From positions 1 to 29,447 of the IMG/VR virus record IMGVR_UViG_3300017910_000564: a stretch of DNA of 29,447 bases. One strand, given 5' to 3'. The notes below the pieces were generated by a model. That model did no database searches. It was not told where the DNA came from and saw only the letters and a list, made by a program, of their open reading frames with translations. Of the stretch, positions 1 to 10,013 are shown one piece after another. The DNA comes from a virus. Taxonomy: Duplodnaviria > Caudoviricetes. Each line of letters opens with the position of its first letter. Within the stretch, counting starts at the first letter, position 1. Both the position numbers and the translations under genes were made by a program.

Positions 1-179
1 GGATCATAGCTGCGCTCGCCAAAGCGGGCTTCTTCAGCAACCCGGTCAATAAGCGGGCTGTACTGATAAGCAAAGGTAGCTTTGAACGCCTCCATGAAAG
101 GAACGCCGGGTGGCTGATTGCTGACCGGCCCGATATCAAGCGGAGGAACGTAGTCTTCTGATCTGACCTGCTGAACCAT
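1..179 (-). CDS. Internal virion/ejection protein, N-terminal part (runs off the window)
   Basis: ATG at 179 overlaps the stop of the 710-aa gene (TAATG). The frame MVQQVRSEDYVPPLDIGP... stays open to the window edge. Position follows the other internal virion genes. Confidence 0.6.
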   Translation of the reverse strand, partial: MVQQVRSEDYVPPLDIGPVSNQPPGVPFMEAFKATFAYQYSPLIDRVAEEARFGERSYD

Positions 180-2311
180 TACGGGTACATGGCTTCCTGA
201 TTTTGCATTTCGATCATGTTCTCGCGGACACGACGCGCTCTATTTATCTTCAGCTTGCGAGCTTTGGTGAACGCCGTTTCCATGGCTGGCAGCTTGTTGA
301 TCTCTTGAGACGAGATAGAGATCAGCTGGCCCTGCTTGTCCTGCACATATCCGCCATCCTTGCCAATGACATTCCAGACAATCTTGCGGTTGGTAGATTT
401 AGAACTTGGCCACAGGAAATAGTCCTCACCAATCTCAATCCCCGGCATATCAAGACGCCGCTCAATCTTGCTGTTCACATGGTTCTGGAAGATGCGCATG
501 GTGTTACTGGCACCGCCATAGAACGCTTCTGGCGAAAACTCATGCCGACCAAACTCAATGGCATCAGGGCTTCTGATAAACTCAGTCTTGGTATAGATCG
601 CCTTGTATGCGTTGCTTACAACCTCATCAGCTTTATCCTTTGGCAAGCTGCCATAAGCTCGCAAAGCAATAGGCATCAGACGCTGAACAGTACCGGGAAC
701 CATACGCTCTGATCGCCCGCCCAGATTACCAAGGGTGCGCTTGCCGCTTTCAGCAAACAAATGCTCTTTGATCAGCTGTTCTGCAGACTTATTCGGGTTG
801 TTAAAATTAAGCTGCACATTGTTCTTCAACTCACCAAGACGCCGTGGGTCAGCGGTTAGGAAGTTGGACCCGTCAGCCATCTTCTCAAAGCCGTAAGTGT
901 TGCCGTAAATCGAAACGGCATTGAAGAACTGGAATGTATCTTCTTTCAGATTCTTGGGCCGGAAGACCTCACCCTCTGCTGCCATTCCTTTGGTGGCGTT
1001 GTTAAACAGCACCACCAGATTCTGAAGTTCATTTGCTTCTGGAATGATGGCTGCATTGGCAACCTGATCCATCAGGCCAGCAAGCGATCCCGGCAGGATA
1101 TTGCCATTGGCCAAAGCGTCAGCTGCCAGTTGGTTTTCCTGCAGCTGCGCCCTCGTCCGGTCGCTCATCCAGCTTTGCGGGTCAGGTGCAATGCCTTGAC
1201 TCTGGAAGAACAGATCAAGGTTCTGTTCTGCTTTCATGCCAGTTGCTGCATGGTTGCCAAGTGCAGCCTGCATCCCGGCACTCTGGGCAGCAACAAGTTG
1301 AGCCTGCATAGCCATGTTGTCTTTGAACTCAGTACGAATACGACGTACTGCAGCAGCTATCTCAATTCTGGTAGGGTCATTCTCAATAGAGTCTAGCTGC
1401 TCTTGGCTAATCAACGGCGACAAACGGATGCGCTTGTTCTCATTGAAGTCATCTGCATCATCCTGATTCAGTGCAGATGCAGGGATGTCCTTGTTTACCG
1501 AGCCGGTCTCAAGCGCAAGGATAAGGCCCTCAACAGCTTGGAAATCACCTTCACGCAGCAAACGCTCTGCTTCGGTTCGCACAAGCGTTCCCATGTAAGC
1601 CTTCGACAGATCGTTCCTGATCCTGCGGATATTCGTATCTGTAAGACCATCCTCAACGCCTGTCTCATTCAGATCATCAAGAATGGCATCATGCATCGCA
1701 GCAGCTGTACCAATCTCGCCAGACCTTACAAGAGCCTGCACCATTTCGGTTTGCTCAATATAATCAAGCTGTAGGTTCTCAATGCGTTGCGCTTCTTGCT
1801 GGCGCGCTTCATCAAGAAGCATGGCGCTATAATGCTGGTTCTGTGACAGCGCGCCTGCTTGCTGGATGACGTTGCGAGATACGCCTTGGAACTCATCTGG
1901 CACAGCATCCAGCAGACCTTGCAATGCAGTGGCTGACTTTTGCTGAAACTCTTCTGCGCTCTTGGATTGAGTGCGCGCTTCTATAAGCACACGATCAGCA
2001 TCGATCTTAAACTCACGCGCATAGTTCTGTTCGATGATTGGACGCGCTGCATTACGCGCAACGCGGCTCATATCCTCAGTGATATCTTCAAAGACAATCT
2101 TACCATCTTCACGCTTGATAGGCGTATTGATGGCTGTCTGTCTGCCAAGCTCCTTCTCACGGCTTACAGCTTGAGAGTATGTGGCATCAGCAATACGCGC
2201 ATTGGCGCGCTGCAGGGCTTCGGTCACAAAGCTAGAACCAGTGTCGGTATTGATGCGCCGCACACCAGTGGTAAAAATCTCATTGCCTTTGGATTTGATA
2301 ACGCCAGCCAT
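179..2311 (-). CDS. Internal virion (ejection) protein, T7 gp15-like position
   Basis: 710-aa ORF rich in Ala/Gln/Glu, translationally coupled, downstream of tail tubular B in podovirus gene order. Confidence 0.6.
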   Translation of the reverse strand: MAGVIKSKGNEIFTTGVRRINTDTGSSFVTEALQRANARIADATYSQAVSREKELGRQTAINTPIKREDGKIVFEDITEDMSRVARNAARPIIEQNYAREFKIDADRVLIEARTQSKSAEEFQQKSATALQGLLDAVPDEFQGVSRNVIQQAGALSQNQHYSAMLLDEARQQEAQRIENLQLDYIEQTEMVQALVRSGEIGTAAAMHDAILDDLNETGVEDGLTDTNIRRIRNDLSKAYMGTLVRTEAERLLREGDFQAVEGLILALETGSVNKDIPASALNQDDADDFNENKRIRLSPLISQEQLDSIENDPTRIEIAAAVRRIRTEFKDNMAMQAQLVAAQSAGMQAALGNHAATGMKAEQNLDLFFQSQGIAPDPQSWMSDRTRAQLQENQLAADALANGNILPGSLAGLMDQVANAAIIPEANELQNLVVLFNNATKGMAAEGEVFRPKNLKEDTFQFFNAVSIYGNTYGFEKMADGSNFLTADPRRLGELKNNVQLNFNNPNKSAEQLIKEHLFAESGKRTLGNLGGRSERMVPGTVQRLMPIALRAYGSLPKDKADEVVSNAYKAIYTKTEFIRSPDAIEFGRHEFSPEAFYGGASNTMRIFQNHVNSKIERRLDMPGIEIGEDYFLWPSSKSTNRKIVWNVIGKDGGYVQDKQGQLISISSQEINKLPAMETAFTKARKLKINRARRVRENMIEMQNQEAMYP

Positions 2312-2739
2312 TAACCGCCCTCAACATCTTTGAAGCGTAGATAGTTCGTGTACCCGGAAGACAAGCCATCAAGCAGGATGGAACGCTGTTTGTTGCGCCC
2401 ACGTTCAGCAATAATTGAGGCTTCCAGATTCGATTGAGCAATGTTGGCCAGAGTGTTCTGAGCATTACGCGCTGTGTCAGTCGCCGCATCCGCACGCAAG
2501 CGCGCATTGATGGCATCGATGCTGCGATCATTACGCCCACGGAAAGCAGTCACTGCATTGTTTGTAGATAAGGCGACATCAAGATTGCGAAGCCGCTTGT
2601 TGTGCAACTCCATGCCTTGCAGCCTTGCGTTCTGAGCATCAGCTTGTGCTTGCTGGCGCGCAAGATCAGCTTCACGCGCAGCCCCGCGCATACCTCGGAC
2701 AGTGCTAAATGCTGATAGTGCAATCAGAAACGGGTCCAT
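2311..2739 (-). CDS. Small internal virion protein, T7 gp14-like position
   Basis: 142 aa with hydrophobic N-terminus (MDPFLIALSAFSTVRG) then Ala/Gln/Arg-rich helix; directly after tail tubular B. Confidence 0.6.
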   Translation of the reverse strand: MDPFLIALSAFSTVRGMRGAAREADLARQQAQADAQNARLQGMELHNKRLRNLDVALSTNNAVTAFRGRNDRSIDAINARLRADAATDTARNAQNTLANIAQSNLEASIIAERGRNKQRSILLDGLSSGYTNYLRFKDVEGG

Positions 2740-4976
2740 CAGACAGTCATCTCCGTTACTAGGCCATTAAGCATCAATGACATTGGAGCCGATTGCGACA
2801 CGGTCACTGTAGGATCACGATCAAAGCCGAGAACAAAGAACTCCTTCTTGCCAGATACAGCTGTAAAGCCAGTTGAAAAATCTTCGTTAACTTGCCTGAC
2901 GATAAGATCAGTCCCGTCAACGGACACAGAAAGCGTATCCTCAAGATCAAGAATGACTGAGGTGACGCGGCGAGGCTTGCCAGTTACCGGGCCATTGCCA
3001 ACTTCCCCATCAACAGGGAGCGTTTGCATCTCAGGGGTAAAAGCATACCCAATGAAAGCAGAGCTTGCTGTGGCGCTAATCCCAGACACATCCACATTGC
3101 CAGACGCTACCGTAAACTCGCCCAGATAATCAGAGCCAGATACCACCTTCACAGTTGCCCCATTGGCAAAGTTAGCACTGACATCAAAGACACCAGACGA
3201 GCCGGTGTAGCTCTTGCAATAATCCATCGGCTGGGATGATTGAAACTCTTCAAGATAGAACTTATTGGTTCCGCTTCCGTTATCACGAACAACAGCAACA
3301 AACAGGCGGTTGCCTACAGCACAGACAGAATGGAAGCTTCCTGTAGTTGTCCACAGCATCCAGCCCTGCCGCTTGTCAGCACGCATGGAATAGAAGACAG
3401 CGAGATTGCCATCAGCACCAACATAGAAAGCAAAGCTCTCAGGCTTGGCCATAGCGCCCTTCGACACAGCTTGTTGCCAAGGGTCAGTAATCAGATGCGT
3501 AGACAGAACCGACAGATCGGTTGAAACATATGCGCCCTCTGTATCACTGAAGATATATTCGCGCACTGCATTGCCAGCGTTCTGAACATAAAGCGTTGCA
3601 CCGTCTAGCGGCTCCGGCCTGACCACCTTACTGCCGAATGGTGTCTGACGACGCACCTGTGCAGTTGCAGGAGTAACCGGGGTGGTAGCAAAGGCCGGTA
3701 TATAAAACTCGGCTTCACTGGCGAATATCTGCAGATCACGGTTTGAAACCAAATGACGAATCTGGTCAAACGTACCAACCCCTGCAGACACATCGATCGC
3801 GTCGTCATCCTCACCATCTCCAACATCAAAGTTAAAGAAGCGGTTGCTTTTAGACGCCCACAGATGCGCAGGCTGTGCCTGAGTCCCGCCAAACCAAAGT
3901 CTCCCCTCATGAAAGGTGACTGCAGCCGGATAGCCACGCAGAGATGAATATGATTGCTCGGCCCACTCAGTTGTAGCTGCACCGCTTTGGATACGCGGCG
4001 AGCCTCCACCAACAGCTGTAGAGGTGGCACTGGCACCTGCAGTTATTTCGTAGGTGTTCTCATCAAGGACAGCCGCCACCGTTCTAGAGCCATTGATGTT
4101 CGATGCAGCAATACCGCCAACACCCGCAGCCCTGTCGATAGTGATCGAAGCAGACGGAGCAAGACCATGTCCAGCGTGAGTGACCAGCAGCTTATTGCTA
4201 CCTTCCACAGTTTCCAAAGCGTCAATAGCCAGTTGCTGGCGCAGCGTCCCACTAATCGTTCCAGTCGCGGAGGTGGCGCTTGCAACCGCAGTAATCTCCA
4301 CATCTGTTGAGCCAATGAGTAGTGTTGTTCCAACATGGCCACTCTCGAAATAGTTCGCGCTAGTCGTAAGGGTGACACCACTCCCGCTTGTTGCGCTTGC
4401 AGCAATCGTAACGCCAGTGTTCTGGAAGCTGTGATAAGGCTGGAAGATGGTGTTGCCATCAGTTGATTGCTCGAAAGCAAATGTCTCAACTTGGAATGTG
4501 GTCAGGCCAGTTCGTACCAGCTTCCTGATCATGAAGGTGGTATGCGAGATAAACATGACATCGCCAGCTTGAGCGAAAGTGATCTCGCCACACTTGGCTT
4601 GCGTCCATGGCAGGGCAGCTGATGCAGTGTCTGCGGTAATGGCTTGGATGTGTGATACATCGCCATTTGTCAGCAGCCGGTAGATATCCAGACGACCAGC
4701 TGAGAAAGCCACAATGTATTGCTCGTCATCCGAGAATACGAATGGCTCAAGGCGGAATTGCAAACCAGATGCACTACTGGAATAAGAGACTGCACTCTGG
4801 GCCTCATCCCAGATGCGCGTGCCAGCCCGCTTCTCAAGCCCACCCTCAGATCGAATAAAGAAGTTACGCACCTTCTGCGCTGACCGCTTATAGACTGTAG
4901 AGTCCGTGCGCGAGCGCAGTTGCGGACTAACCTCTCCGTAATCGAAGCTAGTCTGAGAAACCCTGATGCGCGCCAT
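2739..4976 (-). CDS. Tail tubular protein B / nozzle (T7 gp12, P22 gp10-like)
   Basis: 745 aa. N-terminal QTSFDYGEVSP...GGLEKRAGT and the GYPAAVTFHEGRLWFGG motif are typical of podovirus nozzle proteins. Confidence 0.85.
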   Translation of the reverse strand: MARIRVSQTSFDYGEVSPQLRSRTDSTVYKRSAQKVRNFFIRSEGGLEKRAGTRIWDEAQSAVSYSSSASGLQFRLEPFVFSDDEQYIVAFSAGRLDIYRLLTNGDVSHIQAITADTASAALPWTQAKCGEITFAQAGDVMFISHTTFMIRKLVRTGLTTFQVETFAFEQSTDGNTIFQPYHSFQNTGVTIAASATSGSGVTLTTSANYFESGHVGTTLLIGSTDVEITAVASATSATGTISGTLRQQLAIDALETVEGSNKLLVTHAGHGLAPSASITIDRAAGVGGIAASNINGSRTVAAVLDENTYEITAGASATSTAVGGGSPRIQSGAATTEWAEQSYSSLRGYPAAVTFHEGRLWFGGTQAQPAHLWASKSNRFFNFDVGDGEDDDAIDVSAGVGTFDQIRHLVSNRDLQIFASEAEFYIPAFATTPVTPATAQVRRQTPFGSKVVRPEPLDGATLYVQNAGNAVREYIFSDTEGAYVSTDLSVLSTHLITDPWQQAVSKGAMAKPESFAFYVGADGNLAVFYSMRADKRQGWMLWTTTGSFHSVCAVGNRLFVAVVRDNGSGTNKFYLEEFQSSQPMDYCKSYTGSSGVFDVSANFANGATVKVVSGSDYLGEFTVASGNVDVSGISATASSAFIGYAFTPEMQTLPVDGEVGNGPVTGKPRRVTSVILDLEDTLSVSVDGTDLIVRQVNEDFSTGFTAVSGKKEFFVLGFDRDPTVTVSQSAPMSLMLNGLVTEMTV

Positions 4977-5563
4977 TAGCTCAACCTTTCAGTCTTGAAC
5001 CTATTCGTAACGAGCTTGCGGGTTGTTTGTTGTTGTGAATCCAGAGTGCGGGCCTGACGCATGAATGTCTCAGCCTTGGCATCCATCATCTTCATCAGGG
5101 CATCATCTCTGGCGATAGCCGCTGCAAAGATAGATGCCAGCTGATACTCAACCGCCAGTGTGAAGTAAGACGGCCATGTGTTTTCTTCTGCCCGGAAGGT
5201 GAAGTCAGCAACGACCTGATCAGCTTCGTTGGTATTGGCAAATGCCTTATCGCCATACACCGTATATTCAATCAGGTTGTCGCTTACAGTCAGCGCATGA
5301 AGCATGATCAGATCAGATGGCAACTGATACGCCTGATCAAACCTGCCTGTCGGGGCATCAGACAGCAGGTTGAGAACCTTTTGATTGGTAGCAAATCGCC
5401 ACCTAGCCATAGCCAGAGCAGCGCGGGCTACGTCTTCATACATATTGTTGGCTACCGTTGCCTCGGTACTGGTGTCGTCAAACGACGAAATCGGGTTCGC
5501 GCCAATCAAAGTGAGTGCGCGAGCCGCGATATCTACAGATGAGTTTGCTGCACTAGAAGCCAT
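4976..5563 (-). CDS. Tail tubular protein A / adaptor (T7 gp11-like)
   Basis: 195 aa with IAARALTLIGANPISSF...WRFA...YQLPSD motifs; lies between capsid and nozzle genes. Confidence 0.85.
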   Translation of the reverse strand: MASSAANSSVDIAARALTLIGANPISSFDDTSTEATVANNMYEDVARAALAMARWRFATNQKVLNLLSDAPTGRFDQAYQLPSDLIMLHALTVSDNLIEYTVYGDKAFANTNEADQVVADFTFRAEENTWPSYFTLAVEYQLASIFAAAIARDDALMKMMDAKAETFMRQARTLDSQQQTTRKLVTNRFKTERLS

Positions 5564-5572
5564 TCAAGTGAA

Positions 5573-5607
5573 TGAGGGGCGGCAAATAGCCGTAAAACCG
5601 CCCCTCA
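5573..5607 (-). terminator. Hairpin after capsid and decoration genes, probable leaky terminator
   Basis: Perfect 10-bp inverted repeat TGAGGGGCGG/CCGCCCCTCA with only a weak U-tract on the minus strand. Confidence 0.55.
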
Positions 5608-5613
5608 AGCTCC

Positions 5614-5877
5614 TTAGTCGCTATCAGTTACACTGATTGCTGTGCCGTCAGAGATATCAACGACAGAGCCAGTGTTCGACAGGACGACTGCAACACTCAG
5701 AGCAGGTGCATCGCTATCCAGTACGAAAATGGCGTCGCCAACATTAAGCATGGTGGCTGCGTCATTGAAGTAACCGGAAGCACGCACTGCAGTCATGGCG
5801 TCGGTAGAGTCATAGAACCAAAGGCTATGACCGCCACCACCTGCCATGCGAGTCAGACCAGATGCAGAATAAGCCAT
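5614..5877 (-). CDS. Probable capsid decoration/cement protein
   Basis: 87-aa beta-rich ORF immediately downstream of the major capsid gene, with GGAG RBS. Confidence 0.55.
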   Translation of the reverse strand: MAYSASGLTRMAGGGGHSLWFYDSTDAMTAVRASGYFNDAATMLNVGDAIFVLDSDAPALSVAVVLSNTGSVVDISDGTAISVTDSD

Positions 5878-5888
5878 AATCTAACTCC

Positions 5889-6701
5889 TTATGTGTTGTT
5901 GTCGAGGACTTCGTAGACACCGTTGTCATCAATAACAACTGCGCCCATCGACATCATCGAAACGGTGAGGTGGGATACCTTCTCAGGGATATAGTTTACC
6001 TCAGTCGAAACTTCGGCGTTTACCCCAATACCTACGGCGTTCTGGTGGTAGGCCATGTTCTTGCCTGCCGTGATTGCCGAGGTCGAGAAGATGCTAAAGC
6101 CAAGGAACTGCTTCATGGTCATGCCACCTGCAAACGGCAGGTTCTGTGGCCCGACATAGTCCGACGAAGCGAACTCATCGATCAGGAACAGATCGGCAAA
6201 ACCCTTCGGGTTCATGGCAAGGTAGCGTTGGCCATCTTCCGGTACGTTGGCAGTGCCGAAAGTTTCGAACAGCGTCAGCAGGTCAGCCTTAGCAATGGCC
6301 GAGCTAGTGTCGTTGATCTGGGTCGAGTTTGCACCCGCATCCATGGCCTCAAAGATGATTTCGTCAGTCTTACGACCAAGGGCAGCAGCAGCAGAAGTTG
6401 CCACAGCCTGACGCTCATCGATGTTGGTCTTGAGTTCATCAAGCTTGTCGATGTACTCAGCTGCGTAATGATCAGCCATTGTGGCTTCAACATTTGTGTG
6501 CGTAAGCTCCATCGGGGTGACAGCGCCATTACGCGATTTGGTGGAAGCAGTACCGGCTCCGATTTTTTGGAAACGAACAACGTTCCCGCTCACCTGCTGA
6601 TTGCGGATGGTGTTCTTAAGCTTCGAACCCATACGCTGATAAGCCATGTGAACTTCGGACTCGAACTGCTTGATAAAGGCGGTATCAATCGTATTCGCCA
6701 T
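5889..6701 (-). CDS. Major capsid protein
   Basis: 270 aa with AFIKQFESEVHMAYQRMGSKL and AAALGRKTDEII motifs typical of podovirus major capsid proteins; downstream of the scaffold. Confidence 0.9.
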   Translation of the reverse strand: MANTIDTAFIKQFESEVHMAYQRMGSKLKNTIRNQQVSGNVVRFQKIGAGTASTKSRNGAVTPMELTHTNVEATMADHYAAEYIDKLDELKTNIDERQAVATSAAAALGRKTDEIIFEAMDAGANSTQINDTSSAIAKADLLTLFETFGTANVPEDGQRYLAMNPKGFADLFLIDEFASSDYVGPQNLPFAGGMTMKQFLGFSIFSTSAITAGKNMAYHQNAVGIGVNAEVSTEVNYIPEKVSHLTVSMMSMGAVVIDDNGVYEVLDNNT

Positions 6702-6736
6702 TTCACAGTCCTTCCTGTTACAAGGTTTACAAGTCC

Positions 6737-6797
6737 CGGTTGTCCGCTTCGCTCATCGTCTGGTTATCCTTGCGGGCCATTAGTTAGACGCGGGCCG
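6737..6797 (-). promoter_or_regulatory. Structured RNA leader upstream of the capsid gene
   Basis: Minus strand reads CGG-C-CCG CGTCT...TGG-C-CC GCAA GG-ATAA-CCA GACG...CGG-ACAA-CCG: nested stems with a repeated internal loop and a GCAA tetraloop. Confidence 0.5.
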
Positions 6798-7322
6798 TTC
6801 GTCCTCTTCGAATGACACTTCTATGTGTGAGGCACAACGCACAAATCTCAACACAGTGAAGCCATTCACCACGGTTGGATTCACAGCAAAATGGAACCCA
6901 AGACTGTCCAGCCATCTGATGGTCCGGCTGTGGTCGAGCGGCACTACATTCTCCAAGATGTCCCATTGCAACTGGTACATATTGAGAAGGTCTTTGATGG
7001 CTTTGTGGAAGTTCTTCGGATGCTCTTCGATCAGGTTGCTTCCAAGCATCCAGATAGAAGCGATGCGGGTTTCAGATGCCACATCGATAGGCACTATCCC
7101 ACCCATACAGATCGGCGTTCGATCAAGCATAATTGAGTAGGTTGAAGCCCCCTCAACTGTGAGTGGGTAGTGCAGGGCGCGCCACGGCGTAGCACCATGG
7201 ATCATGCACTCACGCAAGTCTGTAACACGGAGGTGATGTTGCAGCTTGCCAGCATGTGTCGCCGTAGCGCGCTTAACTTTCAGAGGTCCGTAACTATCTC
7301 TGATAGATTTTTGAGAAGCCAT
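6780..7322 (-). CDS. GNAT-fold protein, T7 gp13-like
   Basis: LRVTDLREC...IWMLGS...LENVVPLDHSRTIRWLDSLGF pattern matches gp13-like acetyltransferase-fold proteins. Confidence 0.7.
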   Translation of the reverse strand: MASQKSIRDSYGPLKVKRATATHAGKLQHHLRVTDLRECMIHGATPWRALHYPLTVEGASTYSIMLDRTPICMGGIVPIDVASETRIASIWMLGSNLIEEHPKNFHKAIKDLLNMYQLQWDILENVVPLDHSRTIRWLDSLGFHFAVNPTVVNGFTVLRFVRCASHIEVSFEEDERPASN

Positions 7323-7989
7323 CTTCCACCCGCTTCACAAATGCTTGGTCACGGCTTCCCTGCTTCCAGTATCTTTCATCCATCATCATGCTGCGTAGCT
7401 CGTCCTCAGACAGCTGGCTAGATGCCTCGACACTGCCAGACACAGGCGTCACATTGATGGCAGACATAATCTTCTCAAGCACCTCAATGCCCATGGCAGT
7501 CTCGCCAAGACGCTCAACAGCCTCATACTGGGATTCATCGAAGAACTGATTTGACCACAGCTTGACCGCTTCAATGCGGGCATCAGCGTTCTCGCCAAGC
7601 TTGCCATGCTCTTCTTCAAGATCGACACCGCCATTCAAGGCATGCGCATACTTCTCAATGCCAGCCTCAAACTTCTCCTGACCGAAGCCATTGTCATAGG
7701 AGAACTGCGCCCACCAATTCAGTAGTTCGTCTCCTACAGCTGCTTCTTCATCAAGGCTTTCGGGAATTGTGTAATCACCGACAGTGGCTGGGCGATCAGC
7801 CCATTGCTCCTGATACAACTCATCTTTGAGAGTTGCGCGAAGCTCTTCATCGCTTTTGCCCAACTTGCTTTCAAGATGGGAATAGCTAGACACCAAATCT
7901 TCCGGGGTCTTGAATTTCTCAGGAAGCCACTCTGGGCGATCAACAGGTGCTTCAGTCTCTGCGACTTCCACATTATCTGTTTCGTTCAT
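7294..7989 (-). CDS. Capsid scaffolding protein
   Basis: Acidic ~231 aa with RPEWLPEKF...SYSHLESKLG and C-terminal DERYW...FVKRVEDGF motifs. Start set at MNETD (7989). Confidence 0.8.
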   Translation of the reverse strand: MNETDNVEVAETEAPVDRPEWLPEKFKTPEDLVSSYSHLESKLGKSDEELRATLKDELYQEQWADRPATVGDYTIPESLDEEAAVGDELLNWWAQFSYDNGFGQEKFEAGIEKYAHALNGGVDLEEEHGKLGENADARIEAVKLWSNQFFDESQYEAVERLGETAMGIEVLEKIMSAINVTPVSGSVEASSQLSEDELRSMMMDERYWKQGSRDQAFVKRVEDGFSKIYQR

Positions 7990-8248
7990 CCGACTTAATC
8001 CTTTCGGCATGTTTGATACGGCGTTCGATAACGCCAACGAGATATCGCTGCCCTTCAAGATGGCGAAGTTCAGCATCGCTCACGCCACCACCAGTGACTG
8101 CTTCAATGGTGATAGAGCGCAAGTAGCGCAGCACTTCCTTGCCGGAAGCGGTGCTAAATAAAGAGGCGATGGTTAAAGAAATCTGATCGTCTATTTCTTC
8201 TGGACGATTGAAACCATCAAGTCTGAGGCGGGGCTGTTGTTGGGCCAT
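7973..8248 (-). CDS. Small conserved head-module protein (Bbp19-like)
   Basis: 91 aa with LFSTASGKEVLRYL...LRHLEGQRYLV, between portal and scaffold. Confidence 0.7.
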   Translation of the reverse strand: MAQQQPRLRLDGFNRPEEIDDQISLTIASLFSTASGKEVLRYLRSITIEAVTGGGVSDAELRHLEGQRYLVGVIERRIKHAERIKSDERNR

Positions 8249-9752
8249 TTGCTACTCCCTGCATCTGGGCCATGGCTTGTACGATTTGCTCGCGCTGTGC
8301 GGCATCACGGATCAAACTGTCTGGAACACCGAACTTCTTAGCGAGGAACGTCGCAGCCTCCTCAGATGACACCAGCAGGTTCACCATCTGCGGGCCAAAG
8401 CGACCACCCACCATTTCCAAGAACCGATCAATGGATGCGATATCCTGATTGGCTTGAGCTTGGGCAAGCGGGGATATCGAACGTATCTTTACCTCACGCC
8501 CATTGAGGGTAGGCACATCGATGCGCCCCTGCTTCTTCAAGATATAAACAACGCGCTGCAAGACCGGCTGGATAAACTCAGCCTGCAAGCGCCCGAAGGC
8601 AGAGCCGATGCGACGGGAGAGATCAGCCATCCGCTCTGCTACTTCGGTCGCTGTAGCCGGGGTGCGATTGGGATCACCAAGCATGTCATTATACAGCGCA
8701 CGCTTGATGTTGTTTCGCATATCCCCAAGAACCAGATTCGCCACATCAAACGAGCCAGCTGCACGAATAGGCTGCAGGCCTGAGCTATTCGGTGACTTCG
8801 GAATGATAGTACCCGGTATCAGATTGATCGTGTCTGTGTTGATGACGCCGTCGTCATCCATTTGATAGATGCCAGAGATAGCCATCTGCGCATTTTCAAG
8901 AACAAGCTCAATAGTAAGGTTGGTCGTTTTGATTGCACTGAGGCTGTTGACGAGCGGCCCGCGCCCGTACACCTCGCCCGCTGCCTTTGACCAGCGGAAG
9001 CAAACAAAAGGATTTGACCCAGCACCTTCGAACTTTTCCTCGTACAACATCTCCCCGTCATCTTTGGTGATGACGTAAAAAGCATGCCGCTCAACATTGG
9101 GCTTGTCATACATACGGCAGACAACCTCAATGATCTTGAGCTTGCGGTCAGGTGTGTTCATCACCTTGGATGCAAACTCTTGGCTTAATACAGCCTTTGG
9201 ATAAGACAGCGGGATGTCCCGGTAGCGCAACTCACGCTCACGATAGACATGGTCAATGCGGTCATCCGGCCCGTTCTCAAGAACAATCTGTGGCAATGGC
9301 ACAGCATTGAACCTGATCGGGTTGATAGCGTCTCCCTCTTCAACAAGAAGACAGCCAGTACCTACCGCCAGATCAAGAAACGACTCATGCGCTTCCTGAC
9401 CGAAATTAGAGTTCTGGATAATCTCAAACACATATTCAGTGACTTCATCCAGTTCGTTATTGATTCGATCAGCATCGACAGCCTCAACTTCAGAACCCGC
9501 AATGAAGTCTGCCCATCTAGCAAAGTTCGGGCAGATGCCGTTCTGCAAGCGTGATGCAAACTCCTGCACGCCAACAACAGCTGTCTCATCGAAGATACGA
9601 TCATCGCGCCGCTGTCCCGGAGTGAGCTTTGTAAATCCCTCACGCTGCGGGAGAGCGTACTCGTAACACTCATCAAACAGGTTTTCGAATAACTGACGAT
9701 GTGCTTTAGCTTTGTCATATCGCTGCAGAAAGTTCTTGGCAGAGCCGTGCAT
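8217..9752 (-). CDS. Portal (head-tail connector) protein
   Basis: 511 aa with RIFDETA, DLAVGTG, RWSKAAGEVYGRGP and TATEVAER motifs of T7 gp8-type portals. Confidence 0.93.
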   Translation of the reverse strand: MHGSAKNFLQRYDKAKAHRQLFENLFDECYEYALPQREGFTKLTPGQRRDDRIFDETAVVGVQEFASRLQNGICPNFARWADFIAGSEVEAVDADRINNELDEVTEYVFEIIQNSNFGQEAHESFLDLAVGTGCLLVEEGDAINPIRFNAVPLPQIVLENGPDDRIDHVYRERELRYRDIPLSYPKAVLSQEFASKVMNTPDRKLKIIEVVCRMYDKPNVERHAFYVITKDDGEMLYEEKFEGAGSNPFVCFRWSKAAGEVYGRGPLVNSLSAIKTTNLTIELVLENAQMAISGIYQMDDDGVINTDTINLIPGTIIPKSPNSSGLQPIRAAGSFDVANLVLGDMRNNIKRALYNDMLGDPNRTPATATEVAERMADLSRRIGSAFGRLQAEFIQPVLQRVVYILKKQGRIDVPTLNGREVKIRSISPLAQAQANQDIASIDRFLEMVGGRFGPQMVNLLVSSEEAATFLAKKFGVPDSLIRDAAQREQIVQAMAQMQGVANGPTTAPPQT

Positions 9753-9970
9753 TACTCATTCCTGTTCGGGTTGTAGAAGCCAATGCCGCCACCCGGCCCA
9801 GAAAGCAGGGAACGTGCGCCTACGCCTTTCTTGCGTCTGGATACCTGATCAGCCAAAGCATCATCACGACGCCTGCGTGTATCAGCAGTCTCTTGGGCCA
9901 TGCGCTCTTTGCGCTCTGCCTCAACAGCAGGATCAGGCCCCGGCATGCTTGGTGCTTTAATAATACACAT
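9752..9970 (-). CDS. Small virion protein upstream of portal (MC-starting)
   Basis: 72 aa MCIIKAPSMPGP...KKGVGARSLLSG; coupled to portal via TAATG. Confidence 0.6.
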   Translation of the reverse strand: MCIIKAPSMPGPDPAVEAERKERMAQETADTRRRRDDALADQVSRRKKGVGARSLLSGPGGGIGFYNPNRNE

Positions 9971-10013
9971 AATGCTACTTACGCTCCTGCGTTAATGCAG
10001 GGCAACGCACAAA

